Source of the DNA: Pyrodictium abyssi | Lineage (GTDB): Archaea; Thermoproteota; Thermoprotei_A; Sulfolobales; Pyrodictiaceae | Reading direction: 5' to 3' | Length of the DNA stretch: 32,000 nucleotides | Assembly: GCF_036323395.1 (NCBI RefSeq) | Contig: NZ_AP028907.1 | Location: forward strand, 990,001 to 1,022,000 | In this document: positions 17,988 to 25,958 of the stretch, piece after piece | Numbering within the stretch: the first letter of the stretch is position 1 | Layout of the letters: every line of letters starts with the position of its first letter | Notes under the pieces: model-generated | What the model was told of the DNA's origin: nothing | Databases searched by the model: none | The model's input: only the letters and a program-made list of their open reading frames with translations | Made by a program: the position numbers and the translations under genes

Positions 17988-18386
17988 CTAGTGCTGGAGG
18001 GGGCGCCGGCCGCATAGGCTCTTCACGAGTATTAGGACTTCTACTGGTACGCCCTGCGCGGTTATCCGGAAGGATCTGCCGTCCTCGCTGGCTACCTCTA
18101 TTTCTACCTCCTGCTGCGTCAGGTGTACGTTGCAGTCTCTCGCCCTGCTGGTGAAAGCCTCCGCGAGGCCTAGGAACGTGGCCTCGGGGTCCCCGGCTAG
18201 GCGGCTCCTAACACGCTCCATTAGCTCTAGGAATAGCTCGCAGTCGCCCTCCACGGTGATGCTCGCGGCTTCGGCTGCGCGGGCTAGCATGCCGCGCCTC
18301 TCCTGGTCTATGGCGCTGGCTATGCCTAGGCTTTGGAGTAGGCTGGAGAGTGGGCCCCTGTAGCAAGTGTTGGCCGTGTGCATCAC
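17988..18386 (-). CDS. Orphan cysteine-family copy 2
   Basis: NTCYRGPLSSLL, ASITVEGDCELFLELMERV, EVEIEVASEDGRSFRITAQGVPVEVLILVKSLCGRR. Confidence 0.8.
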   Translation of the reverse strand: MMHTANTCYRGPLSSLLQSLGIASAIDQERRGMLARAAEAASITVEGDCELFLELMERVRSRLAGDPEATFLGLAEAFTSRARDCNVHLTQQEVEIEVASEDGRSFRITAQGVPVEVLILVKSLCGRRPLQH

Positions 18387-18710
18387 GCGTCTTGCCCTCG
18401 GCTGTGCCGCGTCGTGGCCGCTGTGGGCGCGGATGTGGGTGGAGTGGGGTGCGGTGCCGTGCCCCGTACTCCGTGCCGCGGGCCTCGGTGCTCCGTAATG
18501 CTGGATAGTGCTCAGTAGTTAATAAGGCTCGTCTGCGACATATCTTTCTCTCGTTAACTATGTAAGCGCTACAACTAAGTTATAAAACGGGAGTAGCGCT
18601 GCAGCGTGTTACGCCCCAGCCGAGGGCTCTGCGGGCGCTGTCCCTGGAATCCTCCTTTAGCCGCGCTGCTGCCCCTACACCCTCCGGGTGGCGCTGGCTT
18701 GGGGCGTGCT

Positions 18711-19715
18711 GTGCTTACGCTACTCGTCCTGCTCGCGGCGCTGCTGGCGGCTGGAGCCCACGCGCAGAGCAGCGTATACGTCGGCGGCACCGGCAGCGTG
18801 GTGATCGACGCGGGGTTTAGCCGCCCGGTCGAGGGCGCGGTGGTCCAGCTCCAGCTGAGCGCTGCGCTGTACGTGTCGCCGGTGAGCGTGGCTAGCGTTG
18901 AGGGTGTGCGCGTCTACCTAGTGCTTGAGGGCGGCAGGCTCCTAGACGTGACGGGCAACGTGAGCGTCTCTGTGGAGCAGGTGAACTTCACCACGCAGCG
19001 CGTGGACATAGCCAGCGAGGCCGCTATAGTGATCCGCCAGGAGGCAGTCACCGGGCTCCGCGTCGAGCTGACGCTGCGCGGCGTGGGGAAGGGCCAGGCG
19101 GTAGTGGCCTACACCTACACCGTGGCGGGAGCGGTCTCGCTCATGGAGAGTATGCCGGCGATGCCGTTCCTACCCATAACGGGCAGCGGGAGGACAGTGG
19201 TAGAGGTGGCCGACACCGTCACCCTGCAGGTGCGGCTGGCTGCGGGCTGGAACCTGGTAGGGGTGAGCGTGGAGCCACTGGACCCCAGGGTGGAGGCGGT
19301 CTTCGAGGGCACCCCGGTGAGCGCCGTGTACTACTACAACGCGTCGGCGGGGAAGTGGATGTACTGGGTGCCGGGCTCCGGAGGCACGCTCCGCGAGCTC
19401 CACGCCGGCATGGGTCTGTGGGTCTACGCGGGGGAGCCCTTCACGCTGACGATAACCGGCACGCCGGCGGTGGAGCCCGGGCCGGGCCTAGCGCCCGGCT
19501 GGAACCTGGTAGCGCCCCTCCTGGGCACCGGCTCGCAGCCCTATCCCGGGGACCCCGTGTACCCGGCCGAGTACTGCGCCAAGTACGGCTGCACGGCGAT
19601 CTACTACTACGACCCGGAGGAGAACAGGTGGCTCTTCTGGGCCCCGGGCAACCCGGCGAGCACGCTGCTAGCGCTGCAGCCGGGCAAGGCGTACTACGTC
19701 TACAGGCCCTGGTAG
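18711..19715 (+). CDS. Secreted protein with two tandem GWNLV...YYY...W.FW.PG modules (track start 18606; GTG at 18711 likelier)
   Basis: Signal peptide VLTLLVLLAALLAAGAHAQS. Modules AAGWNLVGVSVEP...VYYYNASAGKWMYWVPGSG...GLWVYA and APGWNLVAPLL...IYYYDPEENRWLFWAPGNP...AYYVY. Confidence 0.75.
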   Translation: MLTLLVLLAALLAAGAHAQSSVYVGGTGSVVIDAGFSRPVEGAVVQLQLSAALYVSPVSVASVEGVRVYLVLEGGRLLDVTGNVSVSVEQVNFTTQRVDIASEAAIVIRQEAVTGLRVELTLRGVGKGQAVVAYTYTVAGAVSLMESMPAMPFLPITGSGRTVVEVADTVTLQVRLAAGWNLVGVSVEPLDPRVEAVFEGTPVSAVYYYNASAGKWMYWVPGSGGTLRELHAGMGLWVYAGEPFTLTITGTPAVEPGPGLAPGWNLVAPLLGTGSQPYPGDPVYPAEYCAKYGCTAIYYYDPEENRWLFWAPGNPASTLLALQPGKAYYVYRPW

Positions 19716-19788
19716 CCCCTGAGACCCTCTCTGAAGGCTCGGTGTGCTCTGCTAGCATGTGGACCGGCAGTGCTACTAGAGATAGAAG

Positions 19789-20586
19789 CTATGTGGCGGC
19801 AGTGACCAGCTTACAGTGGCGTTGTAGCCTTCGATAAGCCCTCGGACAGTCTAGGCCGAGACTTGTCCTATAGTACTCGCAGTCCCTCTTACACTCTACA
19901 ACGAAGGGGAGCAACAACCTGTTATGCATAAGGATCACAATACTACACGAATCCGTGTGCACGGTCAGCGGCAGGGTCCGAGAGATGCCTCGAAGAGCCA
20001 GCCTAATCCCAGCTATAAAGAGTCTAGGAGGCACGCCGTGCCTACTAGCTGTGTCGCTTAGCGCAGATGCCATAGACACGCCATCACGTATATACGTCAT
20101 TATAGCCTCCTTGAGGAACCGGAGTACATGTATGGATGCCTCATCCACCCGGCACATAGTCATGGTCTTTAAGTTGAGCTTTCTCCTTTTTGCCTCTATA
20201 GCGAGAAGCATAAGAAACCCCAATAGTTCGTCTAGCTCAACGCGTACACCCCAGGTCTTGGCGAAACAGCCCACTAGGGCCTCCTCTCCGATAATGCTGT
20301 TTATGTAGAGGGCTAGGCAGCCTTTGTTGGATATACGAGGGCGTCCACGCGGGCCATCACTTATCAGTAGACGCTCTCTCAAGAGCCTCCTAGATTTGCG
20401 ATACACCGTGGCTGTATTCATGCCCAGCATGTTGGAGATCTTGTAAGGTGAGGCTTCTTGCACCTTAAGGTACGCGTATAGGATCCGCTTCTCAGCCTCA
20501 TCGATGACTGGTACGAGGTCTGCCCACAAGCGCCTTACAGCATTTATATACTTGCTAACCTCGCTAGCGCCAACCACGTCTGCCAC
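19789..20586 (-). CDS. HTH transcriptional regulator (MarR/TrmB-like winged helix)
   Basis: EKRILYAYLKVQEASPYKISNMLGMNTATVYRKSRRLLRERLLISDGPRGRPRI. Divergent from the cytochrome operon. Confidence 0.65.
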   Translation of the reverse strand: MADVVGASEVSKYINAVRRLWADLVPVIDEAEKRILYAYLKVQEASPYKISNMLGMNTATVYRKSRRLLRERLLISDGPRGRPRISNKGCLALYINSIIGEEALVGCFAKTWGVRVELDELLGFLMLLAIEAKRRKLNLKTMTMCRVDEASIHVLRFLKEAIMTYIRDGVSMASALSDTASRHGVPPRLFIAGIRLALRGISRTLPLTVHTDSCSIVILMHNRLLLPFVVECKRDCEYYRTSLGLDCPRAYRRLQRHCKLVTAAT

Positions 20587-20749
20587 CTATGTCCGCCTTT
20601 GGGAAGCGGGGCGTCCGCGCTTCCGTAGGCTATATTTATTATTCTCATCGACTTTAATAAGTGTTTATCATTATAATTTGTAGGGCTCCTCCCTACGAGC
20701 GTGGAGGATGCCCGGCATTCCGGTGCGATAACTATTGCTAATCATTGTT

Positions 20750-20759
20750 GTTAGCTAAC
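20750..20759. promoter_or_regulatory. Palindrome GTTAGCTAAC in the divergent promoter region
   Basis: Between the HTH regulator (-) and the cytochrome operon (+), about 50 bp upstream of ATG 20810. Confidence 0.35.
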
Positions 20760-20809
20760 GAATAATCCCGGCACCTGCCATCATGTAATCGGAAGCGTGG
20801 TGTTAAATT

Positions 20810-21874
20810 ATGCAGAGACGGGCATTCATTAAGAGGATGGCGGCTACGCTAGGAGGCTTCATCCTCCTATCAAGACTGCCCCTCTCTTCTGCAGACAATG
20901 GCCACGAGAATGCGGCGCCTCCTCACCTCCCCTGGCCGTACACTAGGCTCGACCCAGAGGAGACGAGAAAGCTTGGCCATCTTGGATACTACTTGTTCGA
21001 GTGCGCAGGCGGTGCCTTCTGGTCTATAGCTGTGCAGCTTCGAGAAAAGATAGGCTATCCCTGGACGCTCCTGCCTATACCGAGCAGAGAGGAGGCTATG
21101 GAAGCGGTTAGGGAGGGAAAGCACCTGCATAGCTTGTTCCAGTACGGGTACGGTGGTGCTGTGGGCTGGGGTACACTGTGTGGAGCGCTTAACGGCTCGC
21201 TAGCAATAATCCAGATGGTCGTCGGTGAACATAAGCACTGGGATGCACTGGGCAAGAAGCTCATGAGGTGGTACGAGTCTACGCCTCTGCCCTCAGATAA
21301 GAGCAACGAGTACGCGGTAAAGGGAATGATGTACGTACCTAAGGAGAAAATGAAGTCTACAAAATGGCTTCCCAGCAACATTAGCGGCTCAACGCTCTGC
21401 CACGTGTCTGTTGGAAAGTGGTGCGAGATATCGGGCTACGCGAGCGGCTCCAAGGAGCGTAGCGAGCGCTGCGGCAGGCTCACGGGGGACGTTGCAGCCA
21501 TGACTGTTCAGCTCTTAAACACCTACTTTGAGAAGGGTCTCTCAGCTGCTTTAGCCCTAGCTGCTGATGTGAGGCTATCGCCTACCACTGCTAGCTGCCG
21601 TGTCTGCCACTACAAGGGCAAGGACTACGAGGCTGGGCAGTTCACACGCGGGTACCTCGCGTGTGAGAGCTGCCACAGAGACATGAGGCCCCACGCCCAC
21701 ACGTTTGTCAGCCTCGGTGGAGGGCATGGCGAGGCCGGGCTCAAGGGGCCTAGCTGGGCTAGAGACCTAGCCATAGCGGGCCTCGGCGCCGCTGCAGCGG
21801 CTGGCGTGGCGGCGGGAGTGCTCGCGGGCTCCGGCTCCCGGGAGGACCGCGGAGAGGAGGAGAAGGAGGGCTGA
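20810..21874 (+). CDS. Split-Soret-cytochrome-c-like (C_GCAxxG_C_C-type) protein with N-terminal Tat-like signal, two CxxCH haem motifs and a C-terminal TM
   Basis: MQRRAFIKRMAATLGGFILL; GGAVGWGTLCGALNGSLAIIQ; STLCHVSVGKWCEISGY...ERSERCGRLTGDVAAMTVQLLN; CRVCH; CESCH; AIAGLGAAAAAGVAAGVLAG. Confidence 0.8.
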   Translation: MQRRAFIKRMAATLGGFILLSRLPLSSADNGHENAAPPHLPWPYTRLDPEETRKLGHLGYYLFECAGGAFWSIAVQLREKIGYPWTLLPIPSREEAMEAVREGKHLHSLFQYGYGGAVGWGTLCGALNGSLAIIQMVVGEHKHWDALGKKLMRWYESTPLPSDKSNEYAVKGMMYVPKEKMKSTKWLPSNISGSTLCHVSVGKWCEISGYASGSKERSERCGRLTGDVAAMTVQLLNTYFEKGLSAALALAADVRLSPTTASCRVCHYKGKDYEAGQFTRGYLACESCHRDMRPHAHTFVSLGGGHGEAGLKGPSWARDLAIAGLGAAAAAGVAAGVLAGSGSREDRGEEEKEG

Positions 21875-21880
21875 GGAGGG

Positions 21881-22903
21881 GTGGCGCAGAAGCCGCGGAT
21901 CGGGAGCCTAGTAGGCAGCATACTGGGCACAGCGCTGCTCCTAGCCCTGGGCTGGAGCCTGGTATACGAGTACGCGGTCAAGGTGCTCCTAAGCGACGGG
22001 CCGCGGAGGCTCCAGGAGATAAGCAGCCTGGAGCTGGGGAGCACCCTGTGGTGGAGGAACTTCGTAGCACTAGCCTTCGACGTGCTGATAATAGTAGTCG
22101 CGGCTATAGGCACCTGGTGGGTGCTCGCCAGCCTAGTAGCCGAGGCCAGGGAGGCCGGCAAGTGGAGGAGCTACTACCGGAGTAGGGAGGCCCAGAGGGA
22201 CAGGTGGGTCGAGAGGCTCACCCCCTGGCAAAGGATACAGCACCTATGGATGATGATAACGTTCATAGTGTGTGCTGTCACCGGTATGGCGGCGCACCTG
22301 GACGTGCTGGCTAGCAGGCAGACACTGCTAACCATACACGTCTACTCCGGCCTAGCGATGGGCGTGCTCGCGGTCATACACTTCGCCCAGTACACGACGA
22401 TGGCGCTGCTGGCTAAGGCCCGGGGGGAGAGCCTACGCGAGAGGTTCCCGATGCTCGAGATATACAGTAGGAAGTTCATACGCGGTATAGTGAAGACCCT
22501 GCTGAGGCCCTTCCGGCCGGGGATAAAGCCGGAGCCCTTCGGCAAGTACGACCCAGAGCAGCTCTTCGAGTACTGGGGCATCTACTGGGGCATGGCGGTG
22601 CTCGGTGTACCGGGCGTAGCGCTACTGCTATACGGCCCTGACGTGCTCGGCGGACTATTCTGGGTCATGCACTTCAAGGAGGCGATACTAGCGATAACAT
22701 TCATACTAATGGTGCACATAGCCTACACGCACTTCAGGCCCACAGTATTCCCCATGGACCCGACGTTCATACACGGCAAGATGCCGATGAAGCGGGCTAT
22801 GGAGGAGCACCCAGAGTGGGCCCGCAAGCTAGCCCAGGCCCAGCAGGAGCAGCCAGAGGAGGCCGCTAGCCCACCCGAGCAGGCAGCAGCCCGGGCACCA
22901 TAG
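21881..22903 (+). CDS. Membrane b-type cytochrome (formate dehydrogenase gamma/cytochrome b561-like)
   Basis: Multi-TM with conserved His: TPWQRIQHLWMMITFIVCAVTGMAAHL, TIHVYSGLAMGVLAVIHFAQY, MHFKEAILAITFILMVHIAYTHFRP. Confidence 0.72.
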   Translation: MAQKPRIGSLVGSILGTALLLALGWSLVYEYAVKVLLSDGPRRLQEISSLELGSTLWWRNFVALAFDVLIIVVAAIGTWWVLASLVAEAREAGKWRSYYRSREAQRDRWVERLTPWQRIQHLWMMITFIVCAVTGMAAHLDVLASRQTLLTIHVYSGLAMGVLAVIHFAQYTTMALLAKARGESLRERFPMLEIYSRKFIRGIVKTLLRPFRPGIKPEPFGKYDPEQLFEYWGIYWGMAVLGVPGVALLLYGPDVLGGLFWVMHFKEAILAITFILMVHIAYTHFRPTVFPMDPTFIHGKMPMKRAMEEHPEWARKLAQAQQEQPEEAASPPEQAAARAP

Positions 22904-22975
22904 AGCCCCAGCCCCTTTTCCCCCATCGATGCGCCCGGCTGCTCCACGCGCCCAGCCCCCGGGGGGACCCCGGGC

Positions 22976-23767
22976 CTAGGCGGGCCTAGCGCTGTACCCC
23001 TCCTCCTCGAGGACCTCCCTAAGCTCTCCAGCATCGAGCCGGGCTAGCCTGGACCTCCGGTAGTTCCCCCTCGCCAATGCCCACGCGGCCTCCTCGCCGA
23101 GCATCCTCGCTAGGAGCCGGCTAGGCGGCTGCCTAGCTAGCCACGGCCTAGGCTCGGATAAGGGCGCCGGTGGGTACACCAGGTAGCCCCGGCCGATGAC
23201 AGCTGTAGGGTAGTCGCCGTGCCGGGCGTAGTGGGGGCTGCTCCGCAGCTGGGGGTGCCTGGCCAGGAGGCGGCCCCAGCCGGTCCTAGCCGTATCCACG
23301 ACCTCCTCCACCTCCAGGAACCCGGCCAGGTACACAGCGGCCCTCCCCTCGCCCGCCGCTAGGTGGAGTGCACGGCGTATCTCGGGGAGACTCCTCCTCC
23401 GGCTCCAGAAGCCCTCCGGGTACACGGCAAGCCCGGCCACGAAGCCGACTACGTCGCCGCTGGCTAGGCTCCGTGGGAGCCGGCCCCGTGGAGCGTAGTA
23501 GTCGGTGTAGAAGCCTAGGTCCAGCCTCGGGTCGTTATGCAGTAGCCACCAGCGGTCCACGGGGAGGAAGTCTAGGAGAGGCCGCCCAGTGCACGGGTCC
23601 ACCACGCTAGCCGGGTCCATGTGGCGGGCAGCTCTCTCGGCAAAGGCCTCGGGCACGGGGATGAGCGTGGCGCAGCCTACACCCGGCCACAGGGGCGAGT
23701 AGTAGCCCCCGCCGGGCAAGCTCCCCGTGTCGAGGTAGACCCTTAGGAGGAGCAGCCTCCCCGTCAT
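22976..23767 (-). CDS. Nucleotide-modification-associated domain 3 (Nmad3)-like protein
   Basis: LLLLRVYLDTGSLPGGGYYSPLWPGVGCATLIPVPE...DPRLDLGFYTDYYAPRGRLPRSLASGDVVGFVAGLAVY...AAVYLAGFLEVEEV. Confidence 0.55.
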   Translation of the reverse strand: MTGRLLLLRVYLDTGSLPGGGYYSPLWPGVGCATLIPVPEAFAERAARHMDPASVVDPCTGRPLLDFLPVDRWWLLHNDPRLDLGFYTDYYAPRGRLPRSLASGDVVGFVAGLAVYPEGFWSRRRSLPEIRRALHLAAGEGRAAVYLAGFLEVEEVVDTARTGWGRLLARHPQLRSSPHYARHGDYPTAVIGRGYLVYPPAPLSEPRPWLARQPPSRLLARMLGEEAAWALARGNYRRSRLARLDAGELREVLEEEGYSARPA

Positions 23768-23897
23768 CCTCTGCTAGGCCCTCCCGGCGGCTACGTAGGG
23801 ACAGCTAGCTGGAGCCGTACACATACTGTGGGTCACGCTTTATAACCCTGCGCTAGTGTAGCCCCAGAGCCGAATAGACAGACCGTCCGGAGAGGGA

Positions 23898-24304
23898 ATG
23901 GATACGTCCGGCAGCATGCCCGGAAGCAAGGTATGCTTTGATGGTAACTTGTTCGAACTAGTAAAGCGTTTTCTGGGCGCAATACCGGGCGAAGCCCAGG
24001 TACCCGACGAACTCGTATACGCCACCCATAGCGCCCGCGTCCGGGTCGAGGGCGACTGTAGCATCCTCGACGAGATCCGCAACCGGATGAGCGAGAGAAG
24101 AACCAGAGGCGGGGACCCCGAGCAGCCGTTAAAGAAGCTCCTTGAAACGATCGCGGCGGATGCTATCAAGTGTAGAACTGGGCTAATGTGGGGCGAAATA
24201 GCTATAGAGCTGGACTATGGCGGGGGTAGGCGGCTCCGCATAGTAGCGACGGGGTGCCTATCGAGACAGTGCTCTCGGTTAAGACTGCATGTGGGCAGCG
24301 GTAG
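23898..24304 (+). pseudogene. Orphan cysteine-family copy 3 with C-terminal frameshift in a G run
   Basis: SKVCFDGNLFELVKRF, ARVRVEGDCSILDEI, LMWGEIAIELDYGGGRRLRIVAT, then in another frame GVPIETVLSVKTACGQR* ending at 24304. The unshifted frame runs to 24314. Confidence 0.72.
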
Positions 24305-24716
24305 CTTTCTGTAACCCCCTATACATTCTCTGCGTGCCGCAGAACATCTTCAGCGCTATCAGAACCTCTAGCGGGATACCCCGCACAGTAACTTCCACCC
24401 GCCTACCATCGCCGGAGACGAGTGCCACCCTCAGCTCGCCCCAGGTCAGCCGGGTGCTACACTCATCGACTATAGAGAGGAGCATCTGTAGGAGGGTCTC
24501 GAAGCTGACCCGCTGCTGGTCGGCCTCTCTGATGGCGCCCTTAGCCCGGGCAGCTAGCTCCTCGAGGAGCCCGCAGTCGCCCTCGGCTACTACGTAGGCT
24601 GACTGCAGGGCGTACTCGAACACTGGCGGCACCTCTATGTCCTCTGGCTTCGGGATACCGAGGAGCGTAAACAGCTCTAGAAGCCTACCACTATAGCATG
24701 TACGGTTCTCGTCCAC
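24279..24716 (-). CDS. Orphan cysteine-family copy 4 (tail-to-tail overlap with copy 3)
   Basis: RTCYSGRLLELF, SAYVVAEGDCGLLEELAAR, LTWGELRVALVSGDGRRVEVTVRGIPLEVLIALKMFCG. Confidence 0.8.
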   Translation of the reverse strand: MDENRTCYSGRLLELFTLLGIPKPEDIEVPPVFEYALQSAYVVAEGDCGLLEELAARAKGAIREADQQRVSFETLLQMLLSIVDECSTRLTWGELRVALVSGDGRRVEVTVRGIPLEVLIALKMFCGTQRMYRGLQKATAAHMQS

Positions 24717-24994
24717 GTGCTACGCAGCCCAGGCTATGTACCGGGCTTCGGTCCTACTAATAGGTGAGGTGTGTACACCGGTTCTGCTTCGTCTTCTGGT
24801 GCTACGTGGAGCCCACACATCTTCTATCAAGACAATGGTTATTAGGCTCCTTTGCCATCCGCGGGGTTTCCGAGGCAGTGCGTCATTCCGGGTGTTTTTG
24901 CTGGCTCTTCCGAGTATATGTCTCCCAGGGCCCTCTGGGGGCGCTCGCTTGCGTCGCGTAGCCGGAGGCTGTATACGGGACGGCTGGGAATGGT

Positions 24995-25336
24995 GTTTGC
25001 TTCACGGGTAGCCTCTCCGAGCTCCTGCGGCGCTTCGGCGCCGAGGCGTCCGCGGGGACTCAGACCGTGTACGTGCGCGTGGAGGGCGACTGTGGGCTCC
25101 TCGAGGAGCTGCTGGGCCGCGTCTGGGGCGGCGCAGCGGCCGGGGACCCGCTAGAAGCCCTGCTGGGCGTCCTCGCGGAGAAGGCTCTCCGCTGCAGCAT
25201 ACGCCTAGCGGTGGGCGAGCTAAGCCTAGAGGTCGGGGACCATGGCTCCGGCAGGGTGTTCCGGGTAACAGCGCGCGGAGCGCCGGTGGACGCGCTGCTC
25301 CGGGTGAAGAGCGTCTGCGGCCGCCGCGCATGGTAG
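24995..25336 (+). pseudogene. Orphan cysteine-family copy 5, conserved N-terminal motif lacks an in-frame start
   Basis: In-frame VCFTGSLSELLRRFGAEASAGTQTVYVRVEGDCGLLEELLGRV...VFRVTARGAPVDALLRVKSVCGRRAW*. The track ORF begins only at GTG 25067. ATG at 24990 is in a different frame. Confidence 0.65.
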
Positions 25337-25452
25337 CCTGGCGGCGGCGCTGGTATGTGCGGTTGACTCTTTAGGGCCCGTCCCCGCTTCTTAGGACAGC
25401 ATCCGGGATCTAGGGGCAGAGCCCGGAGACCGGGATAGAGGGTGAGGCCGCC

Positions 25453-25797
25453 CTGGCCAAGAAGAAGCGTGGAAGGAGAGAAGAGGAGAGTAGGAAGGAG
25501 ATACCCCTCCCAAGCCAGGAAGAGGGCACTATGCTCTGCGTGGTCGTGAGGCTTCTCGGCGCTGACCACCTCCTCATCAGGTGCCAGGACGGGGTGGAGC
25601 GTAAGGCGCGTATCCCGGGGAGCCTCCGGCGCCGCATGTGGATGAGGGAGGGCGACATAGTGCTAGCGGCTCCCTGGGACTTCAAGCCCGACCGCGCCGA
25701 CGTGGTGTACAGGTATTCCCGCGAGGAGCTACGCAGGCTCGTAGAGAAGGGCCTCGTGCCGCAGGAGCTGCTAGAGCTGGCCGAGGAGCTAGCCTAG
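25453..25797 (+). CDS. eif1A: Translation initiation factor aIF-1A (possible CTG start)
   Basis: (CTG)AKKKRGRREEESRKEIPLPSQEEGTMLCVVVRLLGADHLLIRCQDGVERKARIPGSLRRRMWMREGDIVLAAPWDFKPDRADVVYRYSREE. Confidence 0.9.
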   Translation: MAKKKRGRREEESRKEIPLPSQEEGTMLCVVVRLLGADHLLIRCQDGVERKARIPGSLRRRMWMREGDIVLAAPWDFKPDRADVVYRYSREELRRLVEKGLVPQELLELAEELA

Positions 25798-25958
25798 CAG
25801 GGACCCTTTCTATCAGCGCTCCGGCCGTCCTGGTGGCCAGCGTTTTTGGCGCGCATCTCCACGCCTCCGCCGCCCGGCTTTATTAGCATCCCTGGCCCCG
25901 CCGGAGGGGTAGAGTTAAATAAGGAGGCCCCGGCCCCCTTATATAACCCAGTAAATGG

